Of a stretch of 57,164 nt of DNA, positions 36,405 through 47,264 are shown piece by piece. Origin of the DNA: Prorocentrum cordatum (lineage: Eukaryota); assembly GCA_963575745.1 (NCBI GenBank), contig CAUYUJ010000043.1:62001-119164 (forward strand), given 5' to 3'. How positions within the stretch are numbered: position 1 is the stretch's first letter; every line of letters starts with the position of its first letter. The position numbers and the translations under genes are program-made. The notes under the pieces were generated by a model. It was given only the letters and a program-made list of their open reading frames with translations, made no database searches and was not told the origin of the DNA.

Positions 36405-37410
36405 TTCCCCCTTCTGTATTCCGCAGCAGAGGTAATTCTTGTGTATGTCATCACAAAAGGAATTCCTTTGTATTCCGCAACAAAAGAAATCCTTTTGAAT
36501 TTCGCCACAAAAGGAATTCCTTTGTCTTCTGTCACGAGAATTCTTTTGTATCGTACCGCAAAAGGAATCCGTTCGTATTCCGCCACAAAGTTAATCCTTT
36601 CGTATTCAGCCACAAAGGAAATCCTTTTGTATTCCGCCACAAAAGGAATCCCTTTGTATTCCGCCACAAAGGGAATTCTTTTGTATTCAGCTACAACGGG
36701 AATTCTTTTGTATTCAGCCACAAAGGGAATCCTATTGTAATTAATATAGATGCTGTAAACATTGTGTTTTCACAGAGATTCAGAGAATTTCAATAAAAAC
36801 AATGAAAAACAATTTGTTTCATTTGTGTTTTCACAGAGATTCAGAGATTTTTCATTGAAAATATTGTTTTTTCATTGCCAGGCACAGAGATCTCAGAGAT
36901 TTTAATGATTTTCCAACTATGGAGGATAGTTTTTTATGAAATCTGTGTGAAAACACAATGTTTTCTTTGATTTTTGAATAGAAAACCAAAGAAAACCTTG
37001 TGTTTTCACAGAGATTTCATAACAAACTATCTTCCATAGTTGGAAAATCATTAAAATCTCTGAGATCTCTGTGCCTGGCAATGAAAAGACAATATTTTTG
37101 TTTTTATTAAAAATCTCTGAATCTCTGTGAAAACACAGATAAAACCAATTGTTTTTTAGTGTTTTCTTTAAAATTCTCTGAATCTCTGTGAAAACACAAT
37201 GTTTCAATATCTATACGAATTACAATAGCATTCCTTTTGTAGCGGAATACAAAGGAATTCCTTTTGTGGTGGAATACAAAGGATTTCTTTTTGTAGTGGA
37301 ATACAAATAGAATCTTTGGTAACGGAATGCAAAAGGATTTTCTTTTGTGGCAGAATACAAACGAATTGCCTTTGTGATGGAGTACTAAGGAATTCTCCAA
37401 GGAATTCCTC
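36405..37410. repeat. AT-rich foldback palindrome of about 1 kb, centred near 36978, with 30-bp tandem repeats in the outer arms
   Basis: 36871-36923 is the exact reverse complement of 37033-37085. TTGTATTCCGCCACAAAAGGAAT units on the left are mirrored by TTCCTTTTGTGGTGGAATACAAA units on the right. Confidence 0.92.
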
Positions 37411-37474
37411 TTACAAATAAATGCATAGGGAGGGTGCCAAAAAAGCCGCCAGGCTTTTTTGGCCCCCTCTATGT

Positions 37475-38200
37475 CTTTCTGCCCGAGGTTTTTGGAATTG
37501 CCAGCAACTTGGCCAGCCGACTGGTCGCGCCCATCGCCTGGGGCGTGATTTGCGCGAATAAGTTGGTTCGGAATTTGTTGGCGACGGCCGGTCGGGGAGT
37601 CGCAGTCTGGGCTTGAGATCCCGAGCGCTTCGCCTTCGCCACCTTCTCGGGCGCAGGTGGAGTGGGATTCCGAGCCCGCCTGCGCGACCCCCGAGGACTC
37701 CCAGGAGACCCCGCCCAGGCAGCGTGGATGATCCTCGCTGCCGATTCGGATCGGTCTCGGAAGAGGGCGTCTCGAGTGTCTATCCTGGGGTGGAGGCCAT
37801 GTCAGTTAAAGCGGAAGGTGCCTTGTACCTTAGCGGGAGAAGCGCTATCGCTGTCAGCAGCAGTAGCAGAGGTAGAATACATGCAGGTGTTATTTCGCGA
37901 TGTTGTGCTTCATGATGATGATGTTCCTGACTGCAGGAGCCTCTGGTCCGTTTACCACTATCTTGAGATCGGAGCGGTACAAAGGAAATGGTCGGGAGAC
38001 CCAGCTTCATGTAGTAGACGCTAAATCAGCGTATGACATGACGCACAAGGAGGGCAACGCCAGCTCCAAGGACAGGCGCACGGCGTTGGAGCTTGCTATT
38101 ATATCACAGTCATGGGACAAAAATCAGAGGGGTCTTCCGGTGAGTAGCCCGCATTCGGATGATCGTAGATTCCATGACCCAAGGCGACACTAGCAAGTCC
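37475..38200 (+). pseudogene. Copia RT C-terminus and RNase H, resuming after the insertion
   Basis: PEVFGIASNLAS...ANKLVR, LGWRPCQLKR...TLAGEALSL, LHVVDAKSAYD, DRRTALELAII and MIVDSMT. Confidence 0.85.
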
Positions 38201-38479
38201 AATGCCGCCCTCCCCCAGCCCCTCGCGTCTGGTCGTCTAGCGTCGGTGGGCGAGCCTCGGGATATCGAGGCCCGGCGCAAGGCTCCTGAGCGAAAGGACC
38301 GCTCCCGCGCCGCCTCTCAGCGCTTGCTGGACTCGGACCCTGGTTCGACGAGCTGACCTAGGCCGTGCGGTGTCCGTCCGGCTTCATTACTTTTCTCGTT
38401 GTTCCTTTCTTTCTTCGTTCTCTCTCTGACTTGTCTCGGCTCGACGACGACGGCTGGACCTGCTAGAGAACTTGACGAG

Positions 38480-38654
38480 CGTGGAAACGCACTTCGTTTC
38501 GACGCTCATGTTCCTATAGGTTTAGCGTTCTGTATCACTTGTGCGTTACATTTGCACTTGCGTTCAGTCGAGATCGAGTTCCTGATGGTGATTGTTGCAA
38601 TTCTACGTTGGCCCAAGCGCATAAAACCTCACCGCCATCAGTTCTGCTGCCACA
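38480..38654 (+). repeat. 3' LTR ((C)GTGG...CCACA)
   Basis: Colinear with 19194-19364 and ends in CA. Confidence 0.9.
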
Positions 38655-39673
38655 AGGGGGGGTCTTTTTGGAAAAGGACCTAAAACCATAAACGATAAAG
38701 TTCACCACGCCAGGCACCCCTGTGATGAATCAACAGGGGGCGGCGGATCTACTGGCCGCAGGCCCAACCCGCCACCGTGTTTGCTTGGGTTTGTGCCAGG
38801 GGCGTCTCGGGCGCCAGTCGGGATTTCTTGGGGTGCCCCCCTGGAGCTTCTTGGGGGGCCTCCCTCTTGGAAGCAAGCTGTACGACTCAAGTTGATCCCA
38901 GTGGCGTCGGTCTTTCGTGACCAGGTTGTGGGTCAAAGGCTCTTGGGGTCTCTTGGGATGTTTCTTTGGGCCTCCTTGGGGTCTATTGGGGGCATCTGGG
39001 TGGGCCTTTTGTGGGCCTCTGGGGGGCCTCCTGGCGTTTTCCTGGAGCGCATTGGGGCCCTCGCGGGCCTTCTCGAGAGGTCCGCGGCGGTCTCGGAAGG
39101 CCATTTCGTTTCAACATGACTCCAGGGCACAACCGTGGTAACACCCTTCGGGTCTAAGCCTTTTTGAGGAGGATGTCTTGAGCGAAGCTGCCAGTTTGTA
39201 GCTTCTGAATAATCGCCCGGGGAACCCCATGAGCGCGCGGGAATGCCAATGGGCGCCCCGACGTCGGGGCTTCGGGCCACGCAAACAGCGTTCTATGTTC
39301 TATACAGGCTGCCTGTAGCTGGCACGCCGCCCGGCCGTGGCGGCCGCTTTCCGCTGCTGACTCGAGGCTATGTTTAGGAAATCCAGCGTTCGCTAGGGAC
39401 TGGTTTCCTTTCCAAACAGCCGAAGCCCTCCCGAAACCCTGCGAAAACTCTCCGGGAGGGGCTCTTGGAGGCTCTTCGGAGAGTTTCGGGAGGGTCTTGG
39501 AAGGGTTTCCGTCGTCCTCGGGGGGCGCCAGTCCCTAGCGAACCCTGGGCTTTTTAAGGCTATGTGCCACTGGCGCGCCCGTAGCGGCAAGGCCACGGGT
39601 GCTTCGGCCAGCGCGCCCGCCTCTGCTGCACCCGGCACCTGAGGACACTCCACTTCGTGCTTCGGGGCGCGGT

Positions 39674-39829
39674 TAAGTCGGGCATGAGCCCTTACAGGAA
39701 GAAAATTCAAACAGAACTAAAAGATGTGATGGGCACTATTTTTGATTATGGTTGTATATTTTACCACACTTTTTACATACTTCTGATACTTCGTTAAAAA
39801 GCCCCCTGTAGAAGGACGTGCCCGACCTA
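39674..39829. mobile_element. MITE-like element, copy 2
   Basis: TAAGTCGGGCATGAGCCCTTACAGG ... CCTGTAGAAGGACGTGCCCGACCTA. Confidence 0.75.
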
Positions 39830-40040
39830 ACCTCAGAAAAAGGCGGCAGCGGGCTTCTCGGAAGGTATCGGGGGCTCATGTAAAGACCCTCGTGGTAGGA
39901 CGACTTCGAAAACGCACCCTGCTTGTAGAAGGCCGCCCCCCCCCATCCTTGGCGCGCCCCCTTCTGTGCGCGCCGCGGAAAAGTGTGTGCCCGTTGGGCC
40001 ACGTGGGCCTGGGGCCAGGGTCCACGGCTCGCTCCAGACT

Positions 40041-40199
40041 TAAGTCGGGCCTGTCCCTCTACAGGAGGAATCTTCAAATCTAGTCAAACAAAATAGTCAA
40101 GGGATGATTTGTCGACTCTTCTTGCATATTGTTGAATGTGTTTTGAGTATTTTTGATTTTTCGTCCAAACTCCGCTTGTAAGAGGACATGCCCGACCGA
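40041..40199. mobile_element. MITE-like element, copy 3
   Basis: TAAGTCGGGCCTGTCCCTCTACAGG ... CTTGTAAGAGGACATGCCCGACC. Confidence 0.75.
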
Positions 40200-40253
40200 A
40201 CTCCAGACGGCCGGGGGGTGGCGACTGGGGCGCCGCCTCGATCGGTCACCCAG

Positions 40254-40427
40254 CGCTCCCCGTCTGGGGCTCCCTCATGCAGTTCTACAGCCCCCGGGAG
40301 CTGATGACGTTCGGCTGCGTGCTGTGGGGCCTGGCCACGCTGCTGCTGGCTGCGGCCTCGAGCTACGAGGTGCACCTCGCCTTGCGTCTGGTGGCTGGGG
40401 CAGCCTTGGCGAGCGTTGCACCCGTCG
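40254..40427 (+). CDS. MFS transporter exon (ALPVWGSLMQFYSPRELMTFGCVLWGLAT...LALRLVAGAALASVAPVG)
   Basis: CAG acceptor at 40251-40253. Encodes the TM2-TM4 region with the R...G motif. GA donor at 40428. Confidence 0.8.
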
Positions 40428-41639
40428 GACGTCCACGGCCAGAACAGGTCCAGATCCACCGCGTCGGGGTCGTTCCCACCCAGACCCAGAGATCTAACGT
40501 TTTGAGAAAGTCAAGCCGAATGGTTTTCGCCGTAGGAGCCCTCGTCTGGCCCCGTGACAATCAAAAACGCCGAGTCTGGATGGAACGCTGGTCCTGGGGA
40601 GTGGGTCCAGACCTCAGGGGACCCCGTCTTGAAAACAAGCAGGACATCAGCTTCCTAAAACATATGGGGCGTTCCAAGCAGGGCCTTACCTTCGAGGATC
40701 GAAGGAGTTGTCGTCTCTTCCGCGGCGGAAGGCGGCGGAACGGCGGCGGCAGGTCGGCTGAAGTAGAGCGAGGCCGCCCCCGCTGGCGGAAGCCTGCGGA
40801 AGCTCGGCCGAAGGCGGCGGAAGTAAAGCATGAGGACCCAAGAGATGAACACGTTCTTGGGTTCAGGGTCTCCGACGTCGCCCATCTGGAACATGTGGGG
40901 AAACGAAGGGGAAGACGGGCATCCAGAAAACTGTGCAGCACCGAGTGGAAGTCCTGGAGCTCGTGTCTGGTCCTCCCTGCGTCTCCCCAGGCCCCTTGAA
41001 CGTCGCATCTCTTGGGGGCCGCGCCGGGGTCGTGGCCCGGGGGAAGAGGAGAAGGAGGAGGAGGAGGAGGAGAAGGAGGAGGAGGAGAAGGAGGAGGAAG
41101 AGAAGGAGGAGGAGGAGGAGGAGGAGGAGGGGGAGGAGGAGGAGGAGGAGGAGGAGGAGGAGGAGGAGGAGGAGGAGGAGGAGGAGGAGGAGGAGGAGGA
41201 GGAGGCTCGAGGGGAGTCGTGGCTGTGGGTGCCTGTGCCTGCCCGCCCCCCCAGGCGGGCGGGCGGGCCCCTGTGCAACCGCGCCCCCCCCCGCTCCCAG
41301 GCCTTCCCCTGGGGCCAGGCCTCGAGAGGCCGTGTCGGGAGCCTTGAGACTCTAGAGGCCTCCTACCCAGAGATCCAACGGTTTGAAAAGAAACAAGACG
41401 GAGGTTTCTCTCAAGGCCCCTCCTAGGCCCGCGTCTTGGAGTGTGCCCAGGAACCCAGAGACCCAACGCATTGAACAAATCAAGACGGAGTTTTTTCGCA
41501 ATTTTCGGTCTCTAGGGGCCCTCGCCAGGCCCCGGGACCGTCAAAAAATGACTCAGGATGAAAAACCGGTCCTGGGGAATGGATGGAGACTTCGGGTGAT
41601 CTCGTATTGAAAACAAACACGACATCGGGTCTCTGGGTA

Positions 41640-41845
41640 GATTGGGTCCGAGTAGATGGGGTCGGAGGATCGCGCCGCATCGCCGATGCATCGCCGATGC
41701 GGTTCGATGTGGAGCCCGATTTTCTGTACGCTGGCGTCGCCGATGCATTGCGGATGTCGCCGATGCATCGCCAATGCATCGGCGATGTATCGCCGATGTA
41801 TTGGCGATGCGGCGCGATCCTTCGACCCCATCTGCTCCGACCTCA
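41640..41845. repeat. Palindromic (CATCGCCGATG)n hairpin element; related copies at 15497-15640, 42135-42310 and 46965-47125
   Basis: GGTCCGAGTAGATGGGGTCGGAGGATCGCGCCGCATCGCC ... GGCGATGCGGCGCGATCCTTCGACCCCATCTGCTCCGACC. Confidence 0.8.
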
Positions 41846-42326
41846 TCTAGGAGGCCTCTAGAGACGGGGGTCAATGCAAACGGGGGACAGCCAGAGCGCC
41901 CGATCTTGCCAGATCCTGCAGGGCCAGGGTCGCAGTGACCCGGGCTTGGGCGCAGGAACCTGCAGGATCCTTTGCATTGGCCCGGGCTTGGGTGCAGGAT
42001 CCTGCAGGATCTTGCAGGATCCTGCAAGACCTGGCTGGCCCTGGTCTGGACTGACCCGTGGCAGCAGATCCCCGACCGTGGATGTGCGGATGCTCTTATC
42101 GCGGTGCGGGGCGCCCCAGGCCTCCCAGGTGGGGTGGCGCCGCATCGCCGATGCGTCGGGGATACGGCTCGCCGCGGAGCCCAGTTTTTTTTTGTCCTCC
42201 ACGCCGACATCGCCGATGCACCGCCGACGCGTCGCCGACGCATCGCCGATGCATCGGCGATGCATCGGCGATGCGGCGCGATCCTCTGGCCCGATCTGCT
42301 CGGACCCCTTCTGGGAGGCCCCCAAG

Positions 42327-43260
42327 GACAGGCTCTCATCTGCGACGTCGTCCCCGAGGAGGGGCGCGGCTGGGCGTTTGGGCTCCTGCAGTCCGTGTCC
42401 AGCGCGCTGACCATGGTGGTGTCCTTCTGGACGACGTCGATCGCGACCTCCACCGTCCTCGGGCTGCAGGGCTGGAGGGTCCCGCACCTGCTGGTTGCTG
42501 TCCTGTCGTTCCTGACCGGGGCCGCCGTCTGGCAGGTGGTGCCTCAGGTCGCCCCGGTCAAGGCGCAGCGTTCGTGGCTCGCCGAGCAGCGGAGGGTCGT
42601 GTCCGCCGTGGTGCGGAAGCCGTCCTTCGTGATCATGGTGTCGCAGGGCGTCACGGGAAGCATACCGTGGAACGCCTTCGCCTTCCTCACCTTCTTTTGG
42701 CAGGTGAGCGGTTACAGCGACATGGAGGCTGGGGAGATCAGCCTGATGATGGGCCTCGGGGGAGTGGTGGGGGGCATGCTGGGCGGTTGGCTCGGAGACT
42801 CCTGCGCCCGCATCTCTCCCTACTCTGGGAGGTGCGCGGTGGCACAGGCCTCCGTTCTCCTGGGCACCATCAGTTTCCTGGGCCTCGTGCACGTTCCGCA
42901 AGGCCGCTACAGCTTCTCCCTCGTCTCGGCGCTCAGCTTCACCTTCGGGGCCGTGGCCAGCTGGACCCCGGCGGCCGCGCTGCGGCCGATCTCCGGAGCG
43001 CTCTTCGAGGACAGCCAGGACAGGGCTCAGGTGCTTGCCCTGTGGATCGCCGTGGAGGGCGTCGTCGCGTCCATCTGCGGCGCGCCCCTGGTGGGGCTGC
43101 TCTCCGAGGCATTCGGCTTCAAGCTCTCGCACGGGCACGGTGCGAGCGCACAGCTTCCAGAGGACAGGGCCGGGAGCCTGCGGGCCCTGCGGGCGGCACT
43201 GGTGGGCACCAGCGTGGTGCCCTGGACCCTGTGCTTCCTGGCCTGGGTGCCCATGTACTG
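42327..43260 (+). CDS. MFS transporter, main exon (QALICDVVPEEGRGWAFG...PWTLCFLAWVPMYW)
   Basis: AAG|G acceptor at 42324-42327. Hydrophobic TM pattern with motifs QGVTGSIPW, GGWLGD and GAPLVGLL. GA donor at 43261. Confidence 0.9.
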
Positions 43261-43967
43261 GACCCCGGCAGGCGCCAAACCCTACCCCACCACCCCCTGG
43301 ATTCTACGGGGGGAGGCGGGGTTCGCTTCGCTCGGGACCTCCCGAGCAAGGTGAACCCCACCTCCCAGGCCCCCCCCCCCCGCCGCCTACCTCTCCTCCT
43401 TGCCCTCCTCCTCCTCCTCCTCCTCCTCCTCCTCCTCCTCCTGCTCCTGGTGCCTGGTTCCTGTCGGCCTGAGGATTCGGTGACCGCGGCCTCCCTCCTC
43501 CTCCTCCTCCTCCTCCCTCCTCCTCCTCCTCCTCCTCCTCCTCCTCCTCCTCCTCCTCCTCCTCCTCCTCCTCCTCCTCCTCCTCCCCCTCAGAAGTCGT
43601 TGGGGTGGCGGGGCAGGGCTCGAATGTGGCCTCCTGCGCTATCCGCCGACGCCGGTGCTGGGCGGGCCCGCCCGGGGGGCTCCGGGATCGGGGCGCACGC
43701 GCCTGGCCTGGCCTGGAGCTCGGCAGCGCTCGGACGTGTGCATTTCTGATGGGCTTGTTTTCCACCACCACCACCATAAGTTGGAGGGGGAGGGGGTCCT
43801 CCTCCTCCTCCTCCTCCTCCTCCTCCTCCTCCTCCTCCTCCTCCATCTCCTCCTCTTCCTCGTTCTCCTCCTCGTCCTCCTCCTCCTCCTTCACCTCCTT
43901 CCCCCCTCCAACTTCTGGTGGTGGTGGTGGGGAAAAACAGGCTTATCAATGTCTTCTCGGCAAGGAT

Positions 43968-44122
43968 TACGTCGGGCACGTTCCCTCTAGAGGAAGGGAT
44001 TTGCAATAATGGTAAAGAAATGTTATGGTGACGATTTCCCGTGTCTTTTCACCTTTTTTGGGGGGTGAATTGTTTTTACATGTTTCTTTCGAGGTCTCTT
44101 GTAGGAGGACATGCCCGACCTA
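43968..44122. mobile_element. MITE-like element, copy 4
   Basis: TACGTCGGGCACGTTCCCTCTAGAG ... CTTGTAGGAGGACATGCCCGACCTA. Confidence 0.7.
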
Positions 44123-44307
44123 AGGTAAGGACTACCGAGGAGCATGTGAGGCCATCCTGCGACACGTGCACGCGCGAAAGCCGAAGGATGCGCGGGGAGT
44201 GCACGTCCGAGCGCTGGCGACGGGAAGGCGTGCGCGCCCATCCCGGGCCGAGGGCTCTGGCTCTCAGCCAGGAGCGGCGTCGGTGGAGGGCGGGGGTGCC
44301 CTGCGAG

Positions 44308-44370
44308 GACCTACCCGAGGGACCACCAGCGGAACCCGGCCGCGCAGCAGCGGCGGCGAGCACGAGCGGA
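44308..44370 (+). CDS. MFS transporter downstream exon starting (W)TYPRDHQR; 3' end uncertain
   Basis: GAG|G acceptor at 44305-44308. The join TG|G ACC TAC CCG AGG GAC restores YWTYPRD, the motif expected after the last TM in this family. Confidence 0.7.
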
Positions 44371-44799
44371 TGGGGGGCGGAGGGGGCGGCCTTCTTCTCT
44401 CGGCACCGGTCGGGCGTCGGCCCCGCCATGCAACAGGGCGCGGAAGCTCTCCCGACTGTGCACCACCTGTCCGTTGCTCATCGCCTGCCCCTGCCCCACC
44501 TGTCCGGCCCCCAAAGATCTCCGGGGGCCCCCCCTCCTCGTCGTCCTCCTCCTCCTCCAAAAGACAAACTGTGCACCACCTGTCCGGCCCCGCCGCCCCG
44601 GCCAAACGCCAGGGGGAAGGGGGGGGGGTTAAACGCCGAGCGCGGGCAAGGACGCCTGACGATTAAGGGGGGATGCCCCGGAAGGGGGGGGGAGGGGGAG
44701 GAGGAGCATTTGCCTCGGCGGGGGCCATCGAGGAGCATCCTGGACCTCCTTGCGCATTGTGGCCGCGCGCGGCGTCGGACGGAGCCGGTTCGGACCCCT

Positions 44800-45010
44800 C
44801 AGTTACACTCAGTTCCCCTCGGTTATACTCAGTTCCCTTCAGTTACATTCAGTTTCCCTCAGTTGCACTCAGTTTCCCTCAGTTACACTCATTTTCTCTC
44901 AGTTGCATTCAGTTTCCCTCAATTACATTCAGTTTCCTTCAGTTACATTCAGTTTCCCTCGGTTACATTCAGTTTCCCTCAGTTGCGCTCAGTTTCCTCT
45001 CGGTTGCATT
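44800..45010. repeat. 10-bp-period satellite (CAGTTACATT/CAGTTTCCCT)n
   Basis: Read directly. Related by reverse complement to 47265-47457. Confidence 0.9.
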
Positions 45011-45300
45011 TAGCTTTCCTGGCACTACGTTTGCGGCTTGGTGTCCTACAGCTGCAGCCTCTTTCTGACGCAAGGAACTGAGACGAAACTGAAGGAAAAC
45101 TGCGGGGGACAGCGGCGCCCCTTTGTCAACACCTCCCTTCGCCCCCTCCTATCTCATCTTCTTCCGCCACCCTTCCTCGCTGCTCTGCCTCCCTCATGTT
45201 CCTTCTTCCCCCCTCCCTTATCCTTGTCCTGTTCCTGTTGTTGTTGCTCCTCCTCCTCCCCTCGTGCTTCGGGGCGTCAGGCTTTCCGGGGTTGCGTCCT

Positions 45301-45301
45301 C

Positions 45302-45385
<84 letters not shown>

Positions 45386-45560
45386 CGTATGACGATGAGG
45401 AGAGGACGATGATTGTGACGGACAGCGGGGATGAACAACATGATGGGTTGAGGACAGCGAGGAGGAGGAGGAGGAGGAGGAAGAGGAGGAGGAGGAGGAG
45501 GAGGAGGAGGAGGAGGATGGTGGTGGTGGTGATGGTGAGGGGGATATGATGAGGAGGAGG
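45301..45560. repeat. (GAT)n and (GAG)n microsatellites
   Basis: Read directly from the sequence. Confidence 0.9.
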
Positions 45561-47264
45561 CGTGTGGCGCCGCCGGTTCTGGCTCACCACGCTGCGGCGC
45601 CGCATGCTAAGCACGATCCGGTCCCACAGCGCACAGCGTCATTTCCTCGAGCTCCTGCCAGCCTCCCGCCCCGCGGAGCGGAGCGACACGCTATCAGCTC
45701 GCCAAGGCATAGCGTGCCTCCAGGGGCGCCGCTGCGACACGCTCAGCAAAAGTCCCTGGCCGTAGGCTTCCTGGCGGTTGTGGGCCTTGGCTGGGACTGC
45801 CAGCGCGTCCTTGTCGCCACGAGGCCAGGTTTTCCAGAAAAGTATTCGGCAGACTGCAAGCGCCACGTGGGGCGTTTCAGAAAGGGCCTTGCCTTCAAGG
45901 GTCGAAGGAGTTGTCATCTCTTCCTCGGCGGAAGGCAGCGGAAGGGCGGCGGAAGGTCGTCGGAAGTAGAAGATGTCCCCCCAAGGGATGAAAATCATTT
46001 TGGGTTCAAGGTCTCCGAGACCGCCCGCATGAGGGGTCCGAGGGGCCGACAGGAACGGGAGGGGCCCAGATTTCCAGGCGCCGTCGAGGCATCATCGTGG
46101 GCGCCAGAGAGGGACTACAGGGCGGCAGTCGTCCGGGATTGCGTTTCACATAGCTTAAAGTTATGGGAAACGCTATTGTGGCTCATTGAGTGCGGTTTTT
46201 GAAGGAAAATTGCGTTTCCCATCACTCGCGAGGTGTAGGGCCTCGTCCAGGGAGGTTCTTTGCTGGCGTTTTCGTGGCTTCCCTGGGGTTTTGCCAGCTT
46301 CTGGATGCTCAGCCGCAGCCGCGCCTCGCCAGGAGCGGCCCCCTAGGTGTGCCCGGATCGTCCCGTGAGAGGCCGCCGGAGACCGGGTGTGGCGTCCTGA
46401 AGACACCAGGCGCCCGACAGGGGGTCAGGACTGTGACTTCTTATTCTTCTTCTTATTCTTCTTATTGTTCCTCTTCCTCTTCCTCTTCTTCTTTTCGTTT
46501 TCGTCTTATTCCTCTTCCTCTGCTTCTTATTATTATTTCCCTTTATAATTACCTTCTTATTATTTTCTCATTCGTATTGTTCGCCCTCTTCGTTATAACA
46601 CTCATGGTTAACAGTGTTTCTTGTTATGTTGTATGTGGTATTGTTTTCTTGTTCTCATGATTGCTCGTCGCATTCGTATTTGTACTCGCATTCGCATTCG
46701 CATTCCTATTCGTAACATATGTATTCCTCTATACGTATTATCTGTAGTTGTGATGTCTATGATCATGAGATCATGAGTATAATAATCTGTTTCGTATAAT
46801 TCGTATCATTCTTATCACTCTTATCATTATGATTGACATTATTATTATTAGTATCCTTTTTTTTTATTCTTCTGCTTCTTTGTTCAACACGCTCCAAGGC
46901 CCCTGCTCGTCCGCGCCCCATGCTTTTGGCCCCAGTGCGCACCACCCCCTCTTCCTGGCCCCCCTGGGTCCGAGCAGATGGGGTTGGAGGATCGCGCCGC
47001 ATCGTCGATGCATCGGCGATGCGGCCCGATGTGGAGCTCGATTTTCTCCGCGCTGGCGTCGTCGATGCATCGCCGATGTCGCCGATGCATCGGCGATGCA
47101 TCGCCGATGTATCGCCGATGTGTCGGCGAGGTTGTCTTGAAAAATGTAACCAGGATCGAGGACCGAGGATAGGATTGATGACCGAGGCGAGGATCGAGGA
47201 CCGAGGTTCCAGGTTCGAATGCCTGCACTCCGATTCAGACTGATTGCGTCATGCCTTAACTCGG

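Larger units (their letters stand above)
27764..37473 (+). mobile_element. Candidate KDZ DNA transposon carrying an SF3 helicase and two unknown genes
   Basis: CCTATGCATTTATTTGCAA (27809-27827) and TTACAAATAAATGCATAGG (37411-37429) form an 18/19 inverted match, each next to a GCCAAAAA...TTTTTGGC hairpin. TCTTTCTG lies symmetrically at 27756-27763 and 37474-37481. A transposase gene is internal. Confidence 0.55.
19194..38654 (+). mobile_element. Decayed Ty1/copia LTR retrotransposon interrupted by about 11 kb of nested insertions
   Basis: Paired LTRs, AGGG on both flanks (19190-19193 and 38655-38658), a PBS, and the domain order gag-PR-INT-RT-RNase H. Confidence 0.9.

Noticed and set aside
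36405..36735. 30-bp repeats as a CRISPR array or as a LYSATKGI repeat protein
   Set aside because: The units are contiguous without spacers and are mirrored in the other arm of a palindrome.
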